Notes under the pieces: model-generated
The model's input: the letters and a program-made list of their open reading frames with translations, nothing else
The model's database searches: none
Told to the model about the DNA's origin: nothing
Shown: one piece after another, positions 40,324 to 49,452 of the stretch
Layout of the letters: each line of letters opens with the position of its first letter
Position numbering within the stretch: the stretch's first letter is position 1
Made by a program: the position numbers and the translations under genes
Virus record (IMG/VR): IMGVR_UViG_3300024344_003081
Direction: 5' to 3' (one strand)
DNA: 64,000 bases
DNA from: a virus
Lineage: Duplodnaviria > Caudoviricetes

Positions 40324-41696
40324 GATCCCGTTCAGATAAAATTTGTCCAGAATTTAGTAAATTGGATGATATTATTGATTATGAAAGAGGATTGAATGAT
40401 GGAGAGAGTATATGCAAACCATATACAACCCATAAGATTCATGAATTGGCAACTATTCAGGAACAGAGTCTTGCAAAAAATCCAGATTCAAAAATTAGAG
40501 AAATTTCGAATAGAAAATTAAATGAAGTAGTAAAAGAAAATTTTGAATCTGTTTCAACAGATAGACATCGACATCGTATTGAAGATTTAAAACAGGGAAA
40601 AATAAAAACTGAAGAAGCAACTGTTAGTGAAATTTATGATAGACATTTTACACATGGAGAAAATGAAAAAACAAGAGTTGCACATGGTGGTGCAATTCAT
40701 TTATTTTATATGACAAGTCAATGTAATTTAGATTGTAATTATTGCTATCAGCATTTAGAAGGAAGACCTAAACATTTACCCGAACCTCCTTTAATAGCCA
40801 ATCTTATCGATAATATTATGGAATCAGATAGACCTGATGAACAAACTCTTTATTGTATTTTTGGTGGTGAACCTTTGATGGAATGGGAGAATTGTAGATT
40901 TTTAATGGATTATGCTTATAAATCAAAACATAATTGTCATTTTAATATAACATCAAATGGTATATTATTAAGTAAGCCTGCTTTTTTTAAAAAAGTGACC
41001 ACATATTTAGAAGAGCATCCTGAAATAAAACAAAGAGTTTCTTTTGATATTAGTTTTGATGGAGTTGGAAGTCAAGATAGAGTTTATTATTCTGGGAAAG
41101 ATTCAACTCTTGATGTATTAAAATGTTTTGGTAATATTATGGAATACAATAAAGACAAATCCCGTGAAGATCAAATACGGTGGAGATGTAGATATACTAT
41201 TCATAGATCAAATGTAATGTGTTTTGCAAAAGATATGTTTCATATAGCAACGACATATGGACCAGATAGAGTTGTAACATCTTTAGATAATAAGTGTGCA
41301 GAAGGCGAAACGCCAGAAGATGAAGCAAAAATTAAATGGTTATTAAAAGAACAAATTGATTGGCTTAGAGAAAAATGGAGAAGAAATTTAATAAATTATC
41401 CTGTGTGTAGTTTATTTTGTGATATGTGTAATTCATGTGGAGAAAAGAAAGATCATAGATTTTATTATAGTCAACAAGGTCTTGCTAGAATTCAAAATGT
41501 GAATGTAAGAGTTGGAGAAGAGTTCTTTGATTTTCCAGATGCAGATCCCGAAATAGAAAGAGAATTACCTAAAGCTGGGTTACCAAAAACAATGTTTGAT
41601 CGTTTAGGTATAGTTGATACCTTTGGTCAAGGATCTGGAACAGAACATTTACAAGAAACAAAATTTGCGGAAGACGGAAAAAGTCTTTCTTGTTAG
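40320..41696 (+). CDS. Radical SAM protein 3 (N-terminal extension, atypical C-terminal Cys cluster)
   Basis: CNLDCNYC, IFGGEPL, TSNG and SFDISFDG motifs; C-terminal CSLFCDMCNSC. Confidence 0.88.
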   Translation: MRSRSDKICPEFSKLDDIIDYERGLNDGESICKPYTTHKIHELATIQEQSLAKNPDSKIREISNRKLNEVVKENFESVSTDRHRHRIEDLKQGKIKTEEATVSEIYDRHFTHGENEKTRVAHGGAIHLFYMTSQCNLDCNYCYQHLEGRPKHLPEPPLIANLIDNIMESDRPDEQTLYCIFGGEPLMEWENCRFLMDYAYKSKHNCHFNITSNGILLSKPAFFKKVTTYLEEHPEIKQRVSFDISFDGVGSQDRVYYSGKDSTLDVLKCFGNIMEYNKDKSREDQIRWRCRYTIHRSNVMCFAKDMFHIATTYGPDRVVTSLDNKCAEGETPEDEAKIKWLLKEQIDWLREKWRRNLINYPVCSLFCDMCNSCGEKKDHRFYYSQQGLARIQNVNVRVGEEFFDFPDADPEIERELPKAGLPKTMFDRLGIVDTFGQGSGTEHLQETKFAEDGKSLSC

Positions 41697-41704
41697 GAGA
41701 TATT

Positions 41705-42436
41705 ATGGCTGAAGAACATGAATTGATTAAAAAACACGCTAATGAAGCAATACAAGCATTAGTTCCATTATTAGATAATGAAAAAACACGCCATATAGGT
41801 CATGTATTATTAAAAGCAATTGACTTGGGTTTAGGTATGTTGTCAGCAGATGCTAAAGGAGAGTCTAGTGGAGCGAACAATCAAATAAGAGTAAGTGGGG
41901 CTTCTCCTCCAGGAACCGTTCCTCAAAATTTTCAGAAAGATATAGAGCAAGAAAATAAGGTACAGGGATTAGTAGATGAAACATTAAAGGAATTAGAAAT
42001 GATGGATAATCATGAATCTAATCCTGTAACTACAGACAAAGATGGTAATGAAATAGAATATGTAAAAGGAATGCTTTGTAATTGTCAATTTGCTTCTGAA
42101 TTTCACAAATACTGTGATAATCAATGTAAAGAGACTTTGATTAAAGCAGAAGGAAATCCAAAAGAATATATTAAATTTATTGATAAAGAAAGAAAAGAAC
42201 AAGATACTAAATCTCTTGATGAGGCAATGGATGAGGTTACAGGCTTTATTGATACAGAATTGGGTATTGGAGTTTCTCCTAGACCAAAACCACAACAATC
42301 ACAGCAACAAGCTCCTCAAAATGATGTACAGCAAGAAACTCCTTTAAATGAAGAAAACAAGCAATTTGCGTTAGATCCTAGTCAACCTGTTATTATGCCT
42401 GGTGAACCAACTGGACTTGAAAATGACAGTAGTTAA
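41705..42436 (+). CDS. Hypothetical acidic protein with a Cys motif
   Basis: AGGAGA RBS before the ATG at 41705; contains CNCQF...YCDNQC and a Q/P-rich tail. Confidence 0.6.
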   Translation: MAEEHELIKKHANEAIQALVPLLDNEKTRHIGHVLLKAIDLGLGMLSADAKGESSGANNQIRVSGASPPGTVPQNFQKDIEQENKVQGLVDETLKELEMMDNHESNPVTTDKDGNEIEYVKGMLCNCQFASEFHKYCDNQCKETLIKAEGNPKEYIKFIDKERKEQDTKSLDEAMDEVTGFIDTELGIGVSPRPKPQQSQQQAPQNDVQQETPLNEENKQFALDPSQPVIMPGEPTGLENDSS

Positions 42437-42677
42437 TTTATCCTCTATTAATATTATTGCAGTTCTTACTAAGATAAAAAAATTAGAAGAAAGTAATATT
42501 TCAAATAAATATTCTCGTATAGTTGATTTATTAGATTCTACAAAATCAAGATTTGATGTTTCTCTTGATTCATATAAAAATGTGGAATTATTAGCAGATC
42601 ATATAGAATTTTCAACAACGGGCTTAATTCTTTGGCAAAGAATGAGAGATAAATATAACGACTTAGCGGACAAATGA
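42423..42677 (+). CDS. Hypothetical protein
   Basis: Short ORF; the track start is 42402, and an in-frame ATG at 42423 was chosen. Confidence 0.45.
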   Translation: MTVVNLSSINIIAVLTKIKKLEESNISNKYSRIVDLLDSTKSRFDVSLDSYKNVELLADHIEFSTTGLILWQRMRDKYNDLADK

Positions 42678-43657
42678 TGGCATTCAATGATATACCTGGA
42701 AATTCAACATGGAAAACTGTAAAATGTGATAACGAAATTGTTTCACTTGCTAATGGAAGTGAGCCTGATAAATTTGATCAAATTTTAGATTTATTAAAAT
42801 TAAATAAACAATATTATTTAGAAAATGGAACTACAGAAAACGAATGGCTTGATCGAGTTTCGGGCTTTGCTTGTCAGAGACCATATGTATCAACAACGAA
42901 TGAAGAACGATCTAAAGGAGAAGAATTGGGATTTTATGAAGATTTAGGTAGCCCTGATTGGGAGGCTTCTCAGAATGATTCCAAGATTACTGACCTTGCT
43001 AATGGAAGCGAATCCGATAAATATGATCAAATTTTAAATATATTAAAAACAAATAAAGAATATTATTTAAAAACTGCAGTAACCGAAGATCAATGGACTG
43101 ATAGAGTTTTATATTTTGCATATCAAAGAGGATCTGATGTTAGTGGTGATCCATTTATTGTAGATGATGCACCAGTATTACCTCTTGACTATATGGATTC
43201 TAAAGATATATCATGGTTTAATAGTGATATGAGATGGGAAATCGCAATGAAAATTTTAATTAATGCAATTGATGAAAAAGGAAAAACTTGGTATACAACT
43301 GAAACTGCTCAAACTCCTGATGGTAATATAGCTGGACCAAATGATTCTCAAATTTCTAGTTTAAGTTGGTTGCCATCAAATTGTATATCATTACATAATA
43401 AACTTATAAGTTCTACTTATTCTAAGTTCATATATATTATCAAGTTAAGTAATGTTCATTTGAGATATTCTGAACCATCAAAAATATTTGATGAAATTGA
43501 TACCGAAAACACTACTGCCATTTCAAATCTCAATACATCTCAATTGACAGATTTATTAGCATATGTTAGAGAAGCATATGTAAGTCGTCCAGACGATAAA
43601 ACAAATGAAAATTTTGAAGCCGCATGTGAAATGCTAGAGTTTGATATGGCACAATAA
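42674..43657 (+). CDS. Hypothetical protein with an internal duplication
   Basis: 327 aa; LANGSEPDKFDQIL...WLDRV recurs as LANGSESDKYDQIL...WTDRV. Confidence 0.65.
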   Translation: MMAFNDIPGNSTWKTVKCDNEIVSLANGSEPDKFDQILDLLKLNKQYYLENGTTENEWLDRVSGFACQRPYVSTTNEERSKGEELGFYEDLGSPDWEASQNDSKITDLANGSESDKYDQILNILKTNKEYYLKTAVTEDQWTDRVLYFAYQRGSDVSGDPFIVDDAPVLPLDYMDSKDISWFNSDMRWEIAMKILINAIDEKGKTWYTTETAQTPDGNIAGPNDSQISSLSWLPSNCISLHNKLISSTYSKFIYIIKLSNVHLRYSEPSKIFDEIDTENTTAISNLNTSQLTDLLAYVREAYVSRPDDKTNENFEAACEMLEFDMAQ

Positions 43658-43673
43658 TATATTGAGGAATATA

Positions 43674-44057
43674 ATGGTTACTAGAGAAGAAATTGAACAA
43701 AAGTGTAAAGACGCTTTTGATGAAGCAGGCATGGGCCTTTCCTTCCCAGAAATTACACCAGAAAAAAATATAGCACAGGATCTTGATATTGATTCAATTC
43801 ATATTTTAGAGACTATGATTCTTATTGAAGATGAATTTGATATTATGTTAGATGCTGAAGAATTTCAAAAAGCAACTACTGTAAGGGATCTTTATGATTT
43901 AGTTGAAGTAAAAATAAAACAAGGAGCTAAAATTAAAGAACTTGAAAAAGAAGCAGGCGATGATGAAAAAGCTAGAAACAGATTATTAGAACAACTAAAG
44001 AAAGATAAAGAAGCAGGTACAGGGGTTTATGAAATGAGCCAATATGAGAAAAAGTAA
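43674..44057 (+). CDS. acpP: Acyl carrier protein with a charged C-terminal extension
   Basis: DLDIDSIHILETMILIEDEFDI...TVRDLYDLV, the phosphopantetheine-attachment DSI motif plus helix II pattern; GAGGA RBS before the ATG at 43674. Confidence 0.85.
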   Translation: MVTREEIEQKCKDAFDEAGMGLSFPEITPEKNIAQDLDIDSIHILETMILIEDEFDIMLDAEEFQKATTVRDLYDLVEVKIKQGAKIKELEKEAGDDEKARNRLLEQLKKDKEAGTGVYEMSQYEKK

Positions 44058-45168
44058 AATATCAGGACTTGGTGACTATGGTGTATTTATAGATGATGTA
44101 TCATTAGCAGAAATGTCTGATAATGATTGGATGCAATTAGGAAAAGAACATCTTACAGATTTAGTTACAATTATTAGAAATGTAGATATTCAACCATCTG
44201 AATTTGAACGTAAGATGTATTTATGGGGCGCCCCATATGTTATAGATGGATATCGTATTAAGAAAAAATATGAAAAAAAATTAGGAATATCTAATTTATA
44301 TACATTATTCAAACGTGATCTTTTAGAAGAAGAAGATCGCCGACATGCAGAAAATTTAACGTGGTATATTGCGGCAGGGGATAATTTTACAGAAGAAGAG
44401 GTTCCTGCTGATTCTCATTTAATTCGTATAACTGGTATGAAAGAGAATGGGAGAAGTATGGGAATGTTTGCTGAAGGAGAATTGGGCTGGCATTCTAATG
44501 AAGCGGGTTCGCTTTGCTTTACTCCTGGTGTTGCACTCATGGGCATAAAAGGAATGGTGGGGTCTTCAACAGGATTTGTTTGTTCTGCAACTTGGTACGA
44601 AAAGCAAAGAGATTCTTTTAAAAGAGAATTAGATGATATGACTGTTATTTTTAAATATCAAAATTATGAAACTGCTCCTGAATTAAATAAAGATCAAGAT
44701 GATTCATTTCGTTGGAATCAAACGTTTGAACCGATTGAACTTCCACTGGTTATTACAACCCCTGGAGGAATAAAAGGTCTGCATTATTCTCCTGGTACAG
44801 TAGAGAGAACTAAATTTTTAGATGATTTAGACAAAGAATTATTTGTAGATGAATATACTTATCATCACAAGTATGAAAGAAATAATGATATATTACTTTT
44901 TGATAATTGTATTACTTTGCATAATAGACAAGGATCCCCCATTGAACGAGTGGCTTATCGAGAACCATGTGATTATGCTCAGTTAATTCCTGATGGATAT
45001 AATTATTATTCCCAAGAGCCTTATAAAACACAATTTGAAGAAATGAGAAAAGACATACAGGAAACTCTTGGTGTTAAATCTATAGCTGAACAGAATATGG
45101 TTTTTAAAAAATATATTCAACCAAAATTCCCCAAAAGAGAATGGAAAAACAATGATCTAGTGAGGTAA
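44044..45168 (+). CDS. TauD/TfdA-family Fe(II)/2-oxoglutarate dioxygenase
   Basis: GMFAEGELGWHSN...ALMG...TGF...W...HPLV-like IELPLV, and ILLFDNCITLHNR (distal His, Arg). Confidence 0.75.
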   Translation: MRKSKISGLGDYGVFIDDVSLAEMSDNDWMQLGKEHLTDLVTIIRNVDIQPSEFERKMYLWGAPYVIDGYRIKKKYEKKLGISNLYTLFKRDLLEEEDRRHAENLTWYIAAGDNFTEEEVPADSHLIRITGMKENGRSMGMFAEGELGWHSNEAGSLCFTPGVALMGIKGMVGSSTGFVCSATWYEKQRDSFKRELDDMTVIFKYQNYETAPELNKDQDDSFRWNQTFEPIELPLVITTPGGIKGLHYSPGTVERTKFLDDLDKELFVDEYTYHHKYERNNDILLFDNCITLHNRQGSPIERVAYREPCDYAQLIPDGYNYYSQEPYKTQFEEMRKDIQETLGVKSIAEQNMVFKKYIQPKFPKREWKNNDLVR

Positions 45169-45169
45169 A

Positions 45170-45787
45170 ATGAAAAAAATGATGATAACAGGTGTGAGTT
45201 CTGGTTTAGGAAAAGCACTTTTTGAATATTATGATGGAAAATATATTCAAAAATATAAAGATGTAATAGAAGTTGAAGGTCACAGTAGAAGATATAATCA
45301 ACATGATATTCAAGACATTAAAGATTGGTTTGATCCTGAAGCAGATATTTTTATCAATAATGCATATAGTGATCTGAGATGGTGGACTCAAACGAATGCA
45401 TTATTATATTCTTTTTCAGTTTGGGCAGATAAACCCGATAAACATATTGTGTCTATAAGTTCAATTGCACAGGAAAAAGATACTGATGGATGGCCTATTG
45501 GTCATAGTAGATATTCAGTAGGAAAAATTTCTCTTGATAAAATGAATTTAGACTGTCATGAAAAAGTAGCAAAAAAACATGGATGTAAAGTTTCTAATTT
45601 AAGACTTGGTTGGGTAGAAACACCTAGAACAACAAGAATAAGTACTGTAGTAAGTCGTTTATATGATGTTGATCCTGTTAAGCAAACAACTGGAACAATG
45701 TTGAGTACAGATGAATGTATAGATGCTATAGACTTTATGTTAAATCATAGTGGAAGAGTAAGAGAAATGACATTGGAGGCAAAATGA
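45170..45787 (+). CDS. Short-chain dehydrogenase/reductase
   Basis: ITGVSSGLG (TGxxxGxG), FINNA, SISS and catalytic YSVGK (YxxxK). Confidence 0.85.
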   Translation: MKKMMITGVSSGLGKALFEYYDGKYIQKYKDVIEVEGHSRRYNQHDIQDIKDWFDPEADIFINNAYSDLRWWTQTNALLYSFSVWADKPDKHIVSISSIAQEKDTDGWPIGHSRYSVGKISLDKMNLDCHEKVAKKHGCKVSNLRLGWVETPRTTRISTVVSRLYDVDPVKQTTGTMLSTDECIDAIDFMLNHSGRVREMTLEAK

Positions 45788-46812
45788 GCAAGGTGTTACA
45801 AATAGCAACTAGACATCCTGAAAATGAACATCATAATAAAGATTTTGCCGCAGAATTAAAATTATGGTGGGAAGAAAAAGGATATTCGGGTAGAGTTTTT
45901 GATAGATATCTTCCATTAACGGGTGTTGAAACTCGATATGCTTGTTATAATCGAGAGGAGATGAGAGAAAAATCTCAAACGTTTACTCAAAAAAATAAAA
46001 CATTTAATGAAGTTGCTATAAAATTATCATTAGAATGTGTAAAGGAATTGGAATTTAATCCACAAGATGTTTGTATGTTAACATCAACTACTATGACAGG
46101 TGTTGGTATTCCTACGATTCCCCATACAATATTAAAAGAATTTAATTTTCCAGAATCAATGATTAAAATACCCATGTTTGGTCTAGCATGTAATGGAGGC
46201 ACTCATATTTTAGGAATAGCAAATGAATATTTAAAAGGTAATCCAGACAAGTTAGTTATAGCAATGACTAACGATTTATGTTCAATGAATTTGTGTCCTG
46301 AACATGCTACATTAACAACTGTTTTTGGATCTGTAATATTTGGTGATGGAATTAGTGCTATTTTAATTGCAGGAGATAATTATAATGATGCACCAGGATG
46401 GAAATTACATAAACATGTGTCATATGTTTTACCAGATACAGAAGATTATATTACTCTTCAAGGATTAAGTGAAGGATTATTATATCATGTAGAATCAACT
46501 AAATTGCAAGAAATACCAAAAGCATCTGCGGCATTTAATGATAAAATTAAAGAATTTATTGAAGGTCATACTATTAATAATTGGATATGTCATCCAGGAG
46601 GAAAAATTGTTTTAGAAAATACTGTAAAGGGGCTTAATTTACCTGAAGGTGCTTTGGATTCATCTTTTGAATTATTTCGAAATTTTGGAAATATGTCTGC
46701 AACTTCAGTAATAAAAACTTTACAGCATGATTTTGATAAAGATGGCAAAACAGTTATGATTTCTTATGGGCCAGGTTTTCAGGTTGATGTTATATTATTA
46801 GAAAAAATATGA
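45784..46812 (+). CDS. Type III polyketide synthase (chalcone/stilbene synthase family)
   Basis: Triad motifs GLACNGG (Cys), WICHPGG (His) and FGNMS (Asn); also IFGDG, LTSTTMTG...P and C-terminal SYGPGF; 342 aa. Confidence 0.88.
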   Translation: MSKVLQIATRHPENEHHNKDFAAELKLWWEEKGYSGRVFDRYLPLTGVETRYACYNREEMREKSQTFTQKNKTFNEVAIKLSLECVKELEFNPQDVCMLTSTTMTGVGIPTIPHTILKEFNFPESMIKIPMFGLACNGGTHILGIANEYLKGNPDKLVIAMTNDLCSMNLCPEHATLTTVFGSVIFGDGISAILIAGDNYNDAPGWKLHKHVSYVLPDTEDYITLQGLSEGLLYHVESTKLQEIPKASAAFNDKIKEFIEGHTINNWICHPGGKIVLENTVKGLNLPEGALDSSFELFRNFGNMSATSVIKTLQHDFDKDGKTVMISYGPGFQVDVILLEKI

Positions 46813-47237
46813 TTTGGGGAAAAGATAAACACGATATTCGTAATAGAATTTTGTCGATGACAATAGAAAATGGCTTGGGTATAGATTTACAAACAATAGA
46901 ACCCATTCAAAAAATATATGATAAATGGGGTGATAAATTTGTTAATAAAATATTAACAGATATAGAAAAGAAAAATGCACCAAATCCCATAACTGCAAAA
47001 TATTTAACAAAATGTTGGTGTGTTAAAGAAGCATTTTCAAAAGCAATTGCATCTCCATATTTGAGACTCGATGTTAGTTATACACATTTAAAAGCTAGAG
47101 GAGCAAGATTTCCTGTTGTTCATTGTGTTATGGAACCCAAAGATTGGAATTTGAAACGACAAGATATTAGACTTTCTTTATCTGATACAAAAGATTATGT
47201 GGTCGCAATAGTTATTACAGGAGTTAATCCTTTGTGA
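46809..47237 (+). CDS. acpS: Holo-ACP synthase (AcpS-type 4'-phosphopantetheinyl transferase)
   Basis: GLGIDLQTI, WCVKEAFSKA and RLSLSDTKDYVVAIV correspond to the AcpS motifs GIDI, AKEAxxKA and SISH. Confidence 0.82.
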   Translation: MIWGKDKHDIRNRILSMTIENGLGIDLQTIEPIQKIYDKWGDKFVNKILTDIEKKNAPNPITAKYLTKCWCVKEAFSKAIASPYLRLDVSYTHLKARGARFPVVHCVMEPKDWNLKRQDIRLSLSDTKDYVVAIVITGVNPL

Positions 47238-47959
47238 TAAAAACCTTAGACTATACAATCCCTTCTGAATGGAATAATAAAAATATTATTTCTAGTTTTA
47301 TTGATTCGGGATTTTTAGTAATTAATCATCCCTTCATAGATATGAAAGAAGGTTTACTTTCTTTTAAAGAAAAACTTAAAATACAATTAAACGAATTAGA
47401 AGAAACTGAAGAGGGGTATAGAAAAATTATATTAAAAAATTGTGATAATATTAAACAAAGATTTTTAAAAGTGGGATGTGAAATTTTATATGTTATTGAA
47501 GAATTTTTAAATGTTCCTCCAAATTCTATTGCAATGAAACATGCTGATTCTGATAATGCTTTGAGATTGGTTAAATATTATAAAGATCAGAAAGGATCAA
47601 TAAGAGTAGGAGAACATTGTGATTTTGGTACTTTAACACTTGTTCATGTTTGTGATCCTGTAGAAGAATATGAAATATTTTATGATGATAAATGGAGAAC
47701 AATAAATCATCCTAGTGATGATTTTTTGATTGTGAATATAGGTGATTTTATGCAGATTTGGTCAGATAATAAATTAAAATCTACTCCGCATAGAATAACG
47801 AATAAAACAAAAAAAGAAAGACACAGTATGATTATGTTTATGGATGCTGGTAATCATACTATTAAAGGAATTGATCATGCTACTTGGAATAAAAAAAGAA
47901 TACAAATGGCTCATACAGGAGTAACATATTATCATGACAAAGGTATCGTACAAATATAA
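47234..47959 (+). CDS. IPNS-like Fe(II)/2-oxoglutarate oxygenase
   Basis: LRLVKY, GEHCDFGTLTL (HxD), IVNIGDFMQIWS, STPHRI and RHS (RxS); GTGA overlap with acpS. Confidence 0.85.
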   Translation: MIKTLDYTIPSEWNNKNIISSFIDSGFLVINHPFIDMKEGLLSFKEKLKIQLNELEETEEGYRKIILKNCDNIKQRFLKVGCEILYVIEEFLNVPPNSIAMKHADSDNALRLVKYYKDQKGSIRVGEHCDFGTLTLVHVCDPVEEYEIFYDDKWRTINHPSDDFLIVNIGDFMQIWSDNKLKSTPHRITNKTKKERHSMIMFMDAGNHTIKGIDHATWNKKRIQMAHTGVTYYHDKGIVQI

Positions 47960-48692
47960 AGTATGGTTTTTAATATTAATGAATCATGTTCTAATGATAA
48001 TAGGAATTTATTATGCTATAACAGAATCATCATATTATTTGTTTATTGTACTGTTTATTGGACTTTTATTGAGTAAGTTGGGTGGAGAAATAGGAACTCA
48101 TAGATATCTTTCTCACCGATCTTTTAAAACTGGACCCATAAGAAATTTTATATTGCAAATTATGGGATTAATAAATTGTAATGGTTCACCTATGACTTGG
48201 GCTATATTGCATAGATATCATCATATGAATGCAGATAAGCCAGAAGAACCCCATTCTCCAAATATAATACCATGGTGGAAGTGCTGGTTGACTTTGTGGA
48301 ATCCTATATCTCCTAATCCAAAAGAGTATATGGATTTATTGAAAGATCCATTAGTTAAAAACATACACAAATATTATTTTTATATGATAATATTGATGTT
48401 TGGAATATTATATTTGTTAGACTGGAGATTACTTGTATTTTTAGTTTGTATTCCTTCTGTAATAACCTTTCATGGATCAACTTTATTAATAAATACTATT
48501 TCTCATAAATGGGGATATCGTAATTTTGATACTGATGATAATAGTAGAAATAATACGTGGATTAATTTTTTAATATGGGGAGGGGGCTTACATAATAATC
48601 ATCACGCTTATCCTGAAAGATATAATGAAAAAGTAACAGATAACGAAAGGGATCCTTGTGGCTGGATTATTGAAAAATTTTTTAAAATATAG
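47934..48692 (+). CDS. Membrane fatty-acyl desaturase 1 (Delta9/OLE1-like)
   Basis: His boxes HRYLSH, HRYHH and HNNHH; hydrophobic TM segments; DxPHSP motif region. Confidence 0.9.
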   Translation: MTKVSYKYKVWFLILMNHVLMIIGIYYAITESSYYLFIVLFIGLLLSKLGGEIGTHRYLSHRSFKTGPIRNFILQIMGLINCNGSPMTWAILHRYHHMNADKPEEPHSPNIIPWWKCWLTLWNPISPNPKEYMDLLKDPLVKNIHKYYFYMIILMFGILYLLDWRLLVFLVCIPSVITFHGSTLLINTISHKWGYRNFDTDDNSRNNTWINFLIWGGGLHNNHHAYPERYNEKVTDNERDPCGWIIEKFFKI

Positions 48693-49452
48693 TAGTACTT
48701 GGCATACTCATTTAGGATTTCAAATATTATTTCATATTGTAGCGGCATTAGGAATTGTCTATAGTTCTTGGCATTGGTTATGGTTAAGTCTTATTGGAGT
48801 AATATTATTTCGACATATAGGGGGTGAAATAGGCGCCCATAGATATTATGCTCATAGAAGTTTTGAAGCAAAACCTTGGGCTCAAAAATTAATGATTATA
48901 TGTGGACTTTTTTTATATCAAGGATCGCCATATTCTTTTATTCCAATTCATAGATTACATCATCAAAAATCAGATACAATTGATGATCCTCATTCTCCCC
49001 ATTTTTTAAATTTTGTAAATGTGTATTTTCCTAGTGCGAACCAGTATTATCGTGAACCCGTGGATAAATCATATTTTGCAGATTTAATTAAAGATCCCGT
49101 TTTACAATTTTTACATAGAAATTATTTAATTATAGTAACTATACCATTGATTATAACAGCATTAATAGATTGGAGAATACCTGTTTTTCTATTTGCTATT
49201 CCAGTTGTAATTACATTTCATTCTGCGGGATTGGGAAATACTATAGGTCATTTATATGGATATAGAAATTTTGAAACAACTGATAAAAGTCAAAATTCTA
49301 CATGGGTGAACATATTAACTTTAGGATCAGGATTACATAATAATCATCATGCATATCCTGAAAGATATAATTATAAAATGACAAATAAATGGTATGAAAG
49401 AGATGATTTAAATGTTTTTTTAATCGAAAAATTATTAATGGAGAAAAAATGA
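48658..49452 (+). CDS. Membrane fatty-acyl desaturase 2
   Basis: HRYYAH, HRLHH, HNNHH. Confidence 0.9.
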   Translation: MAGLLKNFLKYSSTWHTHLGFQILFHIVAALGIVYSSWHWLWLSLIGVILFRHIGGEIGAHRYYAHRSFEAKPWAQKLMIICGLFLYQGSPYSFIPIHRLHHQKSDTIDDPHSPHFLNFVNVYFPSANQYYREPVDKSYFADLIKDPVLQFLHRNYLIIVTIPLIITALIDWRIPVFLFAIPVVITFHSAGLGNTIGHLYGYRNFETTDKSQNSTWVNILTLGSGLHNNHHAYPERYNYKMTNKWYERDDLNVFLIEKLLMEKK

